From assembly GCA_951406725.2 (NCBI GenBank), contig OX597837.1:13950001-14014000 (forward strand): DNA of 64,000 nucleotides, written 5' to 3'. Positions 25,443 to 37,402 of the stretch are shown here, piece by piece. The notes beneath the pieces were generated by a model. The model was not told the origin of the DNA. It ran no database searches and worked only from the letters and a program-made list of their open reading frames with translations. This DNA comes from Octopus vulgaris. Its lineage: Eukaryota. A program made the translations under genes and the position numbers. How positions within the stretch are numbered: position 1 is the stretch's first letter; the number at the start of each line of letters is the position of its first letter.

Positions 25443-25604
25443 TATACGACAGGCTTCTTTCAGTTTCCGTCTACCAAATCCACTCACAAGGCTTTGGTCG
25501 GCCCGAGGCTATAGTAGAAGACACTTGCCCAAGGTGCCACGCAGTGGGACTGAACCCGGAACCATGTGGTTGGTAAGCAAGCTACTTACCACACAGCCAC
25601 TCCT
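25178..25604 (-). mobile_element. SINE family A, full length
   Basis: Same head, CORE-like motif and tail as 55487-55900. Confidence 0.85.
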
Positions 25605-25706
25605 ATATTATGCTTCGTTAAAGCATGACAATTATGCAAGATATCAGCTTTTGTTTTGGTTTCAGTTACTTGGAGCACACTGTATGGCTTCATTCATGAA
25701 GCCATA

Positions 25707-25794
25707 TGAATGACTTCAGCTAACCTCATTAATCTGAATGACTTCAGTTAACCTCATTAATCTGAATGACTTCAGCTAACCTCATTAGTCTGAA
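25707..25794. repeat. 28-bp tandem repeat x3
   Basis: Unit TGAATGACTTCAGCTAACCTCATTAATC. Confidence 0.9.
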
Positions 25795-27162
25795 ATGTGT
25801 GTGTTTTATTGCACAATTATGTGTCTTTATTGGAGGCATAGCACAATTATAAATATAAAATTCAGTGTTTGATGTGTGAGATCCAGCTCCTGCTTTGATC
25901 TCATTCAAGAAAAAGGCCATTAGCTACGGCACATCATACAATCAGGCTGAAAGTACGTGGTTCTTGTTTGGCTCTCAAGTAAAGTAATCCAAGCATGACC
26001 ATCCCAATTTTGTTTTAGGAACAGTGTTCCCCAGACTACATTATCTGATGTCCTTTTACATTCAGATTTCTTTGTCAAATGTAATGCTTATTTATTCGCA
26101 TTTATTTTGAATTAATCTTGCATTATCTCATAATCTCATTTGAGATTTGGATTATGTGAATGTTACTTTTGGAATGACATTGCAAGATAGATGTGAGAGG
26201 CTGGATCTGGCCAGTTTGAACTTAAAATAAGTAGAATATTTTGGCTGGCTGCATATGGCTGGTTTAAATGCTAAAGGGTTAAAATAGAGCTTTTGAGTTT
26301 TGAGAGAGATTTGGCTGCTATTTCTAACAAATTGGGTGATCACGTAGAAGTTCCTTCATTGGAATGGTTAAAATCTTTAACTAATACTTGTGCAATCCAT
26401 GACCTAAGATCACTTAATGATTTCAGAACAGCTAATTCTTCATGTTTCCTATACATGAGAATGTGTGAGGCAATTCAGTTGGTGGATTCTGGGTTAGCAG
26501 CAGTTTCTTTTTCTTACAGATTAGGGGTGCCTTATAAGCCTCAAAATATGGTGTGTGTGTGTGTGTGTATGTTATTCTTTTATTTGTTTCAGTCATTTGA
26601 CTGTGGTCATGCTAAAGCACCGCCTTTAGTCGGATAAAGTATGAGCTGTTGTGATAGAGGTGGAGGCGACGGTGATGATGGTGGTGGTGGTCAGTCGAGG
26701 GTGATGGTGATAGTAAGTGATATAAAAGACTGTGGTGATTTGTGGTGGAGGGAAAGGCAGAGAAGTCAAAGGCGGTGGCGTCAGAAGTGTGAATGGTGTG
26801 TTTATGGCAGTTGTGATGGTGGTGGTGGTGGTTGAAAAAACAGAAATAGAGAGAGAGAGAGAGAAAGAAAGAAAGAGATTAAACAGAAAAAGAAATTGTA
26901 CTGATCCCTGAATGGCAAGACATAAAATGTTGTTTTGCAATAAGTTCCAAGTTGACAAATTATATTGCTTTGATAAAAATTGTTCATTGCTTCGAAAATA
27001 TTGGTCAATTTAATGAAATTTAATATGTACTCAATGCAAGAAGTGCCATTATTAGGTCCAAGGCCGAATGAAGAGCCCTTCACAGGAACTAGCTCAAAAG
27101 CCTCCTAATACGGTGGCTTTTAAGCATATATATATATATATATTTATTTATTTATTATTATG

Positions 27163-27437
27163 TGCCCTTTTCAAACCTAGCCAGGCTCATGGGCCCGGTT
27201 TCTGTGGCGTATGTGTTCCCCCCAGTTGGACGGGACACCAGTCCATCGCAGCATTACTCAAGAAACAGGAAGAGAGAGTGAGAGAAAGTTGGGGCGAAAG
27301 AGTACAACAGGGGTCCCCCCCCCCCCCCCCTGTCGGGGCCTTGTCCAGCTTTAGGTGTTTTCACTCAATAAATACTCACAATGTCCAGTCTGGGAATCGA
27401 AACCGCGAGTCTGCTGCCCTAACCACTGGGCCATTGC
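27163..27437 (-). mobile_element. tRNA-derived SINE family D; other copies at 50858-51149, 58110-58410 and 62971-63285 (+)
   Basis: Head GTGGTTAGGGCAGCRGACT...GGTTTCGATTCCCAGAC and shared TTTATTGAGTGAAAACACCTAAAGCT domain. Confidence 0.78.
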
Positions 27438-28938
27438 ATGCAGGTTTTCATGTGTCCTCACCTTGGCATTGTGTTATGGTTGTTAACAAACATCACATTG
27501 TTTGCACTCTTCTATAAAAACATGTCTAATCATTCTGTTGTCTGTGCTTTGAATGACTCAGGGTTTTGGATGGGGTGTGTTACTAGCATGTCTGGAAAGA
27601 TGTGAGGATTGGTGACAGTAAAGGCTTCTGTGTGTAGGAAATCTGCCTCAGTGAATTTCACCTGATTCAAGCAAGCATGGCAAAATGAATATTGGATTGA
27701 TAATGGTGATAGTAATACACTCTGAGACTCATTTTGTATTTAAACAAGCACAAAAATTTTTTTCTGTAATAATATTTTACAGTCACTGGAGTGTGTAACA
27801 TCAGTTGTTCCACACTCCACTGATTACAAAAAGATAAAAAGCAGCGCAGTTCTATTTGTTTGTTTGTTTTTGTTCCAGTTCTTTTCTCGTGTAATTCAGA
27901 AAACTCACACAGCAAATCTCTTTTATAAAATATTGAGTTGAATTGTTTCCATAATTAATGTTCCGTATTGTTCATTGTTTTCCGTTCTGAGTTCAGATTC
28001 AAGTAAGGTCAACTCTGCTTTTCTTCCTTTCAAGGTTGATTGAAATAAGTATCAATTAGGATCAGTATAATTGACTAGGCCCCAACCTCCACCCCACCAA
28101 ATTTCAGGCCCTGTTTCATCATCATCATCATCTATTTCTTTACTACCCACAAGGGGCTAAACACAGAGAGGACAAACAAGGACAGACAAACGGATTAAGT
28201 CGATTATATCGACCCCAGTACGTAACTGGTACTTATTTAATCGACTCCGAAAGGATGAAAGGCAAAGTCGACCTCGGCGTAATTTGAACTCAGAACGTAA
28301 CGGCAGACGAAATACTGCTTAGCATTTCGCCCGGCGTGCTAACGTTTCTGCCAGCTCGCCACCTCATCATCATCATCGTTTAACGTCTGTTTTCCGTGCT
28401 AGCACGGGTTGGACGGTTCAATCAGGGTCTTGGAAGCCAGGAGGCTGCACCAGGCTCCAGTCTGATCTGGCAGTGTTTCTACAGCTGGATGCCCTTTCTA
28501 ACGCCAACCACTCCATGAGTGTAGTGGGTGCTTTTTACGTGCCATGGGAGGCTGGCAACGGCCATGATCGGTTGGTGCTTTTATATGCCACCGGCACAGA
28601 AGCCAGTCAAGACGGCGCTGGCATCGGCCACGTTCGGACGGTCCTTTTTACGTCCCGCCGGCACAGGTATCGTAACTACAATTCCTATTTGATATTTATT
28701 TTGATGTTGATGTACTTGACTCAATAGGTCTCCTCAAGCGCAGCAGGTCACCCTACGATCCAAGGTAAGCACAGCAGGTCGTTCTGCAATCCAGGGTACT
28801 TTGGATGGGCTGGGGCTATGCGAAACTGGTGCAGGAAGCAGCCTGGGTCTATAGTAGAAAGGATTGTTAATGTCGCAAGTGTTTGGTATACTTCTCACCT
28901 ACTTAAACTAATTCCCATATGTGTTTGTACTGTTACAG

Positions 28939-29086
28939 GTGGTGTTTGTTGCCAACGCATACGCCGAAAGATCTGGTGAAGGTGCCACACTGTGAAGGAG
29001 GAAAACAAAGAGACGAAGCTATTACCTGGTTCCGATACGTTTATCCCAGAACCCAGCTGCCATCTTGGCCCCGTGATTGTGCTCCT
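28939..29086 (+). CDS. JMJD6: JMJD6 exon 6
   Basis: [49 protein letters not shown]; ttacag| and CCT|gtaagt. Confidence 0.96.
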
Positions 29087-30764
29087 GTAAGTGAAATTAA
29101 CCCGTGTACTAGTGTTGGTTGTGTAGAGAAGGAATGACCCTGTCTGACCATTGCGTTTCAACCCCCTTCGCAATCAGCTTTCTCTATCAAATATAATGCT
29201 TGTTCATTCGCATTGTTTTAAATTAATCCGCTCGTATTCAGATTATCCTATTATTCATTGATTTTGTTTTGAATTAAATATGTGTTATCTTGTAGCTTTG
29301 AGATTTCATTGATGTAAATGTTTATTTTTAGAATGACATTGTAGGGTATGTGTGGTCCCTTGTTCTAAACCCTGGCTATCAGATGTAGATACTAACTAAA
29401 TCTGTGAATACTTCACTTGTTTGATCACCGTGTCCACTTTTTAATCATCTGGGTCTTGCCTCTTTGCTATTGGACCAGGAAAAAGATTCAAGGGTTTTAA
29501 TCGTGGCCTGCGTGGGGGATGACTGTGTTCCCATGGGTCATCTGCCATAAGGTGGCATGTAATTGCTGTTTCTGTCTTCTACATTGAAGGCACACCCTGA
29601 CACCTCATCACTACCAGCTCCAGTTCTGATCCAGTTACTCCCACCTGACCATACGTAATGCAAATTACATGTCAATTTCATCAATGCTTGTATCATGAAA
29701 AATGCACCTTCTACACTTTGTCAAGCAATTGGTAGCTGTATCCAGCCATAGAAACTATGCCTGAGCAGAGATTAGGGGCTTGGTGCACTAAATCCTGTTA
29801 ACACAAGCACAAAGATTCACACACACATGGTAGGCTTCTATCAGTTTCCGTCTACCAAATTCACTTACAAGGTATTGGTTGACTGGGAGCTACAGTAGAA
29901 GACACTTGCCCAAGGTGCCGCACAGTGGAACTGAACCCAGAACCATGTGGTTGGGAAGCAAGCTTCTCACCACACAGCCACTCCTATATGAAATGTCTAA
30001 TGAAAATATCCAGTTTTAATTTATGCAGTGGATCATCCTCATCATTTAACATCTGTTGTCCATGCTGGCATGGGTTGGACTAAGGAGTTATGTATAGGAA
30101 ACTGTTAAAATTGGTGGACATGAAATACAGGGTAAAGATGGCATTAAAAGAGAGCCTTATAAAGTTGCCCTCCACCTACACATCTTCCCACACTGCCATC
30201 ATCCACACCATTACTCCCCCCTCCTAGAAACCACATGCACTCTATACCACTAAACACACACACACACACACACACACACATCTCCCCATTTGCCTATCTC
30301 TGTACACAGATACTCTTCTACACCTGCACACACCACTCTTCCTCCCATAGAACTGCATTCCCATCTGGCTCTAACCCCCTGCTTTTCAAACCACCTTTTT
30401 TCTTTTTTTCCCATCACCTTTGCTCATTTCTTTCTTTCTTTTTATGAAGGGCTAACATCCAAAATGTCACGACTTTTTTTCTTTCCCTCTCTCTCTTTCG
30501 GAGAGGCACTGAGCAGCTATACGCACACATACACACACGGCAGTAACTTCCACCTACCGAATTCAATCACAAAGCTCCGGTCGGCTCGAGGCTATAGCGG
30601 AAGACACCTACCCAAAGTGCCACGCAGTGGGACTGAACCCGAAACCATGTAATTAGGAAGCAAGGTCCCTAACCACACAGCCATGCCCGCGCCTACTTTA
30701 TGTGTTAAATACATTTGTTATCACGTGTCCCTCTCGTGTCTTCTTTTTGTGTTCATTGCCTAAC

Positions 30765-30819
<55 letters not shown>

Positions 30820-30888
30820 CACACACACTTGTCAGTATTATGTTTTGTACATTATAAAAACGATGCAATTTTACTCTATACTCGACAG

Positions 30889-31077
30889 CTTGAAATATTA
30901 CAGAAGCCTGGCGAGACCGTGTTTGTCCCCACAGGTTGGTGGCATGTCGTCATCAACCTGGACAACACCATTGCTTTAACTCAGAACTTTTGCAGCTTTA
31001 ACAATTTCCACATAGTTTGGCACAAAACAGTTCGTGGAAGACCAAAACTATCAAAAAAATGGTACAAAATATTAAAA
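30889..31077 (+). CDS. JMJD6: JMJD6 exon 7 (third Fe ligand His; AT-hook-like RGRP)
   Basis: [63 protein letters not shown]; gacag| and AAA|gtaagt. Confidence 0.97.
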
Positions 31078-31654
31078 GTAAGTAAAAATTAAACATTTTG
31101 TGTTTTCTGTTGGATCTAGTTTTGATATTTGAATTCTTTAAGAAATCAAACTTCACAAGGACGGTTTGATAACGACATGTTTGTTAATTAGCTTGTCTTG
31201 AAAAGATCAAATGGTGAGATAGCTGTTTAACGAATCTAACCCAGACTGATGAGATGACCCAGGATGGCAATGGATCTTTCTCCCCATAAAGACATTCAAT
31301 AGTCCATTGCTGGTATTTAAGCAAAAAATTCAGACTAAATCAAATTAAACAAAAAATTTTGTTTTTCTGTATTTATATGAATTCCTGTAGAACAGAAATA
31401 TGCAAAAGTTTTCTGAAAATACCAAAAAGTATAAAAGTTATGGTGGGGTTATATGAAGTGTAAGAAGTTAAGGGCTGAAATGCTTGCTTGGGGACAGGTT
31501 CTTCTGAAGACCTGCTGTTCGTCTCTTTTGAGAGTTTCTTGCCACTACAATGAATTTTATGCTGGGAAATTACAGTAATATAACCAACCATGCCCTCCCC
31601 CAAAACAAAACCTGCGTGGCTTTGTGATAGTGTTACAAATGTATATTTCCATAA

Positions 31655-32283
31655 GGCAGCAAGCTGGCAGAATCGTTAGCATGCCGGGCGAAATGCTTTG
31701 TGGTATTTCGTCTGCCGCTACGTTCTGAGTTCAAATTCCACCGAGGTCGGCTTTGCCTTTCATCCTTTCGGGGTCGATAAATTAAATACCTATTTCTTTA
31801 TTACCCACAAGGGGCTAAACGCAAAGGGGACAGACAAACGGATTAAGTCGATTATATTGACCCAGTGCGTAACTGGTACTTAATTTATCGACCTCGAAAG
31901 GATGAAAGGCAAAGTAGACCTTGGCGGGATTTGAACTCAGAACGTTGTGGCAGGCGAAATACTGCAAAGCATTTCGCCCGACGTGCTAACGTTTCTGCCA
32001 GCTCGCGCCGATAAATTAAATACCAGTTACACACTGGGGTCGATGTAATCGACTTAATCCGTTTGTCTGTCCTTGTTTGTCCCCTCTGTGTTTAGCCCCT
32101 TGTGGGTAATAAAGAAATAGGTATTTTCGTCTGCCTTTACGTTCAAATTGAGGTCAACTTTGCCTTTCATCATTTCGGGGTCGATAAATAGGTACCAGTT
32201 GTATGCACTGGGGTTGATGTAATCGACTTAATCTGTTTGTCTGTCCCCTCTGTGTTTAGCCCCTTGTGGGTAGTAAAGAAATA
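31655..32283. mobile_element. Nested SINE family B complex: + strand dimer interrupted by a - strand copy (31791-32008)
   Basis: 16-bp TSD CGATAAATTAAATACC at 31775-31790 and 32009-32024; dimer junction at 32120. Confidence 0.85.
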
Positions 32284-32331
32284 AAATGTATATTTGCATT
32301 AACAAAGTTTTTTTCTGGTGTCTTTTAATAG

Positions 32332-32486
32332 TCAGTTCGTCCAGATGTTGCTGCCATTGCTGATAGCATTGATCTACAGAAACCGATCGGCGTCAACTCA
32401 GACAGTTCCAGTTCTGCATCTTCAAGTTCATCTGATTCTGACAGTGATTCCAGCAGTGACAGTTCAATTCCTGTTGTGAGGAAACG
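32332..32486 (+). CDS. JMJD6: JMJD6 exon 8 (poly-serine region)
   Basis: [51 protein letters not shown] versus human [30 protein letters not shown]; taatag| and CG|gtcagt. Confidence 0.9.
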
Positions 32487-32929
32487 GTCAGTTATTATAT
32501 TTCTTATATTTTGGGTGTGTGTGAGAGAGAGAGAGAGAGACTGTGGGTGGGTCTGTTTCCCAACCACATGGTTTTGGGTGCTTTTTAGTGGCACCAGCAT
32601 CAGTGAGGTTGCCATAGAACAAGCAAGATGAGAGAACTGCTTCACTGAGAGAAGAAATGAGAGAGTGGGGGGGGAGGGGTGATTTTGGGTGAGGTGGTGA
32701 AAGAGTGAAGTGTGGTGGAAGAGATTTAGTTGTAAGGGTGCGGAAGGGGGAGAGAGTGTACAGGTTTGAAGGTGATGGGGTGGGGCTGTTGTGTTGGTAG
32801 GGATCCAGCACTATCCCGTGTTAAGAGATAAATGTGGGTGGGTATGAGTGAGGGAGAGATTTTTATAGTGAATTAACGTTGGTAAACTCCATTCCTCATT
32901 TTTTTTCTTTTTGCTTTTTGTTTTTGCAG

Positions 32930-33086
32930 GCGTCGCACCTGCTGCCGGAGTCGTTCGACATCCAAATCTTCATCACATTCTCTCATCTCCTCCAGCTGCA
33001 ACTCCCGCTCGTCCCAGTCTTGCACGGCTGCCGGCGCCGTTGACAGGACACACAACTCCGACACGAGTTCCAAACACTCGAGATGA
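32930..33086 (+). CDS. JMJD6: JMJD6 exon 9 (terminal coding exon, stop TGA at 33084-33086)
   Basis: Strong acceptor tttttgcag|. Gives RKRRRTCCRSRS...KHSR*, matching the human RRKKRRTC NLS. Total CDS 1266 nt = 421 aa. Confidence 0.85.
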
Positions 33087-35462
33087 TGGCAGCTTTACTT
33101 AATAATAATTCTACATCTGTGTGTGCGTGTCTGTGTGTGAGCATGTGTGCGTGTGTGATATCTACGTTTAGTGACATTATTACATACTACATTCACCTGC
33201 TGAGTGTTACCAAAATGAAAAAATAACAAAAAAAATCAAGCTTTATAGTTCCAACTCTTAGAATATCAACTGTTTCAAGAAAAAGCGGTGAAAAGCGCGA
33301 ATGTTTCCGCATGTTTGCCGTAAATTTAACTCCCTCACATGCACACACATGTATAAGGAAGCAAAACACTTAGTCTTATACACAGTGAAGTTTCATGTAT
33401 GCCTGACTCGAGGAATTCCCCTTGTCTTCCTAACCATGGAGAAAGGTGTTCAGAGTTAAGGCCAGTGTTATGGAAGTCATTCAGAACTCTATTGTATCTC
33501 TCAGTTAGTTGGAAATGGAACCAGAGCAATGTGGAAGAACTTTTTCTTTTTTTTTTTTTGTATTTTATTTGTATTTTATTTTTTTAATCAATTGATAGCT
33601 GCTTGTGTTAGCAGAGTTTGCTGTCTGTGGTCACAGTTGCATAGGACACACCCCGATCGGAACAGATCAAAACTGGACACCAGCTTTCAAGAGAGAATTT
33701 ATGAAATTAACACAGATTTTTTTTTTTTTTTTCTCTGCTTTTATGTGAAAATTGTGAAGGTGTGAGACCTAGTGGCTAGGGTGGTTGGACTTGCAACGAA
33801 AATGGTTGTGGGTTCAATTCCTGGACTTGGTGGCAGCAGGTTGTATCCTTGAATGAGGTACTTCATTCCGAATTGCTCCAGTCTACACAACAGTAAATGA
33901 CTACCAGTCTGATTCTGGTTCAGCCCTTTTTCCCTTCTGCAGTCGCATCCCACAGTTGGGAAGGCTTTAGAGGGTTCCTATGTCTTCTTATGACTACATA
34001 GCACCTAAAACAATTATCAACAACATGCTCTATGCTTCAAAGTCACATGCACTTTTGAGTGATGGCCATGGTTTTGGATTTGAGAAAAATAATTTCTGAA
34101 ATTCTCTTTGTTTTATTTTCCTTGTCTGGGAATATTTTAATTTTTATTTTCGTTTTTTTTTTTCCTGTCATAATCAACATCTTTCCTTGAATTTCCTAAT
34201 TCACCTTTTCCATTTGTTAGTTTAAATTCCCAATATTTCCTCCTCACCTCTCTTCCGTGTTTTCCTCCCCATCTTTCTCTCCGCTCCTATTTCAAACATC
34301 CTTCTTTTAGCCAGCTCTTATAGAGCACCAGACAGCCTGGAGATTATCTCTGCAATTGCCAAAACCTTATTCTGTAGATATTTGTAAACACATCCTCACA
34401 ATTTCTTTAGCTATTTTCCAAAGGTCACCATCATTACCATCACCATTGTCATCATCATCATCTTCCCATCCTCCCTTGCTGCAGATTTCCTTTCCTCCTC
34501 TCCGTCATCACACACATTGTCATCGCATCATTGCTTTCATTGCTATTTAACTGTCTGCTACTTTAAGTCTTACCATTAGACCTCAATTTGAGCTTCTCCT
34601 AAATCTTGCATATCCAACCCTCTCAGGACACTATTTACTTTCCAAAGGACGAAAAACCCCAACTGGCCCCTATTCCTCAACAATTCCATAACGATACTGC
34701 CACAAAAGTTTCTAATTTAATTCCATTTTTTTTTTTTGTTTGTTTGGTTTCCCCCCCCCCCCCCCCCCCGGGTAGGGAATCTTAACACCAATCCCTAAAA
34801 GCCCTTCTTTCAATCCCTTTCCTGTTACCAATATAATTTATCATATTTTTTCCCCTTTCAATATATCTTTAATTCTAATTTCAATTGTTTTCTTTTTTTT
34901 TTTTTTCCAAAACATTTTCTCTTCAAACCTAATTTATTTTTTCAATAAATATTCTTCTCTCTCTTTTAGCATTCCAAAGTTTTCTTCCTTCTTTCTTTTT
35001 TTCCTTTTTTTTCTTTTAGATTCGTAGTTTCTAGAGTCTTTCTTGTTACAATTACTTTACTTACTCAAGCTGTTCTTTTCCATCCTCATTCTATATATAT
35101 GTATATATATGTGTATATATATATCTATATAAATTTAAATAAACACGAGTTTATATTATTATCATTATTATTATTATTATTATTGATAATTCCACCAAGG
35201 TCAACTTTGCCTTTCATCATTTTGGAGTCGATAAAATAGGTACCAGTTGTACACTGGGGTTAATGTAATCGACTCATCCCCTCCCACCAAATTGCTGCCC
35301 CTGTGGCAAAATTTGAGACCATTATTATTATTATTAATTCCTACATATACCTTCACCATTCTGGTTGCTTGGAACCCTGCATTGGATGTTCCGAGGGCAT
35401 TTGGATGCTTAACTGGAATGAATCATTAGGGAACACAATATTGCATTAAGTTACAAAAAAAC

Positions 35463-35884
35463 TATATATATATATATATATGTATATGTGTATATATGTA
35501 TATATACATATGTATACATATGTCTATACATGTATGTTTATGTATATATATGTCTATGCATATATATATATGTATGTATATATATATATGTATATATATA
35601 TATATGTGTTTATATATGTATATGTATATAAATATATGTATATATATAATATTTGTATATATATGTGTACATATATATACAAATATTATATATATATATA
35701 CATATGTGTATATATGTATGTATATATATGTGTATATATGTATATATATATGTGTATATATGTATGTATATATATGTGTATATATGTATGTATATATATG
35801 TGTATATATGTATATATATATATGTGTATATATGTATGTATATATATGTGTATGTATGTATATATATATATGTGTATATATGTA

Positions 35885-35916
<32 letters not shown>

Positions 35917-36445
35917 GTATATATATGTGTATATATGTATATATAATATTTGTATATATATGTGTATATATATATATATATATAATATTTGTATATATAT
36001 GTGTATATATATATATATATATATAATATTTGTATATATATGTGTATATATATATATATATAATATTTGTATATATATATAATATTTGTATATATATGTG
36101 TGTATATATATATATTTGTATATGTGTATATATATATAATTGTATATATATGTGTATATATATATATAATATTTGTATATATAATATTTGTATATATATG
36201 TGTATATATATATAATTGTATATATATGTGTATATATATATAATATTTGTATATATATGTGTATATATATATATAATATTTGTATATATATGTGTATATA
36301 TGTATATATATATATATATAATATTTGTATATATATGTGTATATATGTATATATATATATATATAATATTTGTATATATATGTGTATATATGTATATATA
36401 TATATATATAATATTTGTATATATATGTGTATATATATATATGCA
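35463..36445. repeat. ~1-kb (TA)-derived compound minisatellite with higher-order unit ATAATATTTGTATATATATGTGT(AT)n
   Basis: Seen directly. Confidence 0.95.
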
Positions 36446-36510
36446 CACACATGGAGATAACATTTCATATTCAGAAAAAGGTTGACCAGGCTCAGCTTAT
36501 GGTTAACATC

Positions 36511-36546
<36 letters not shown>

Positions 36547-37100
36547 ACCATGTTAAAATGAGCTTACACCTGTTTCCTGTACAAAATGAATGAATAAAAG
36601 TAACTGTACATCCCTTCACATTTGACAAGAAGGAAACCTTATAACGAACCCCTACGTGTGGACCCTCCTGGTTGTCTTTCAGCTTAATGGTTTTTTTCTT
36701 TGTCCTTTATTTTTTTAAACATTTTTACAAAACCAAATAAAATAAATACCAAACCGTTTTGTGTGGTTCTTCTGTTTAAAGTCTCCCAACTAGGAAACCC
36801 ACGTTGGTCCCCTGCTGGTATGTTTCCACCACCCGAATAGAAAAGTTAGGGGTCCTTAGCAGTCATTTGACTTGCTAGAAATAACACTGGAAAATATTCG
36901 AACACCTTCACGTAGAGATTTGGAAGACAAGGGGAGAAATATGATTGTGTGGCATTCATGGTTTTCTCAAGGTTGTTGATATTGGCACTGGGGGGGCTGT
37001 GGTTAAAAAATCTTACTTCCCAACTCTGTGGTTTGAGGTTCAGTTCCGTTGCACAACACCTTGGGTAAGTATTTCGTTTACTATAGCTGCAGAGGCTGTG

Positions 37101-37402
37101 GTAAAAGCTTTGTGAATGGCTTTAGTAGAGAGAAACTGGAAGAAGACTTTTGTGTGTGTATAAAGGGTAAAGGACCCCCTTCGGTCGTGAATGACCATGG
37201 CATTGCATCTCAAAAGTTGCCCTCTGAGGCACAAGCCCAGATAAGGTTGTTTAGGGAAGACCAGCAGAACTTGTGCCTCAGAGGGCAACTTTTGAGGTGC
37301 AATGCCATGGTCATTCACGACTGAAGGGGGTCTTTTACCCTTCGTACACACAAAAGTCTTCTTCCAGTTTCTCTCTACTAAATCCATTCACAAGGCTTTT
37401 AC
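37101..37402. repeat. Fold-back inverted repeat, ~135-bp arms, 34-nt spacer
   Basis: 37101-37235 is the reverse complement of 37270-37402 with few mismatches. Confidence 0.92.

Noticed and set aside
25707-25794. 28-bp repeats resembling a CRISPR array; also the 16-bp repeats at 60976-61055
   Set aside because: Units are contiguous with no spacers, there are no cas genes, and the context is eukaryotic.
35462-36485. Long ORFs of up to 333 aa rich in Y/I/H/T
   Set aside because: Translations of a (TA)-derived minisatellite, open in several frames on both strands. The same applies to ORFs at 43255-44006, 46023-46372, 50562-50955 and 58675-59115.
34944-36746. AATAAA hexamers as the JMJD6 poly(A) signal (34944, 35138, 36592, 36736)
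   Set aside because: Several candidates in AT-rich DNA; cannot choose without transcript data.
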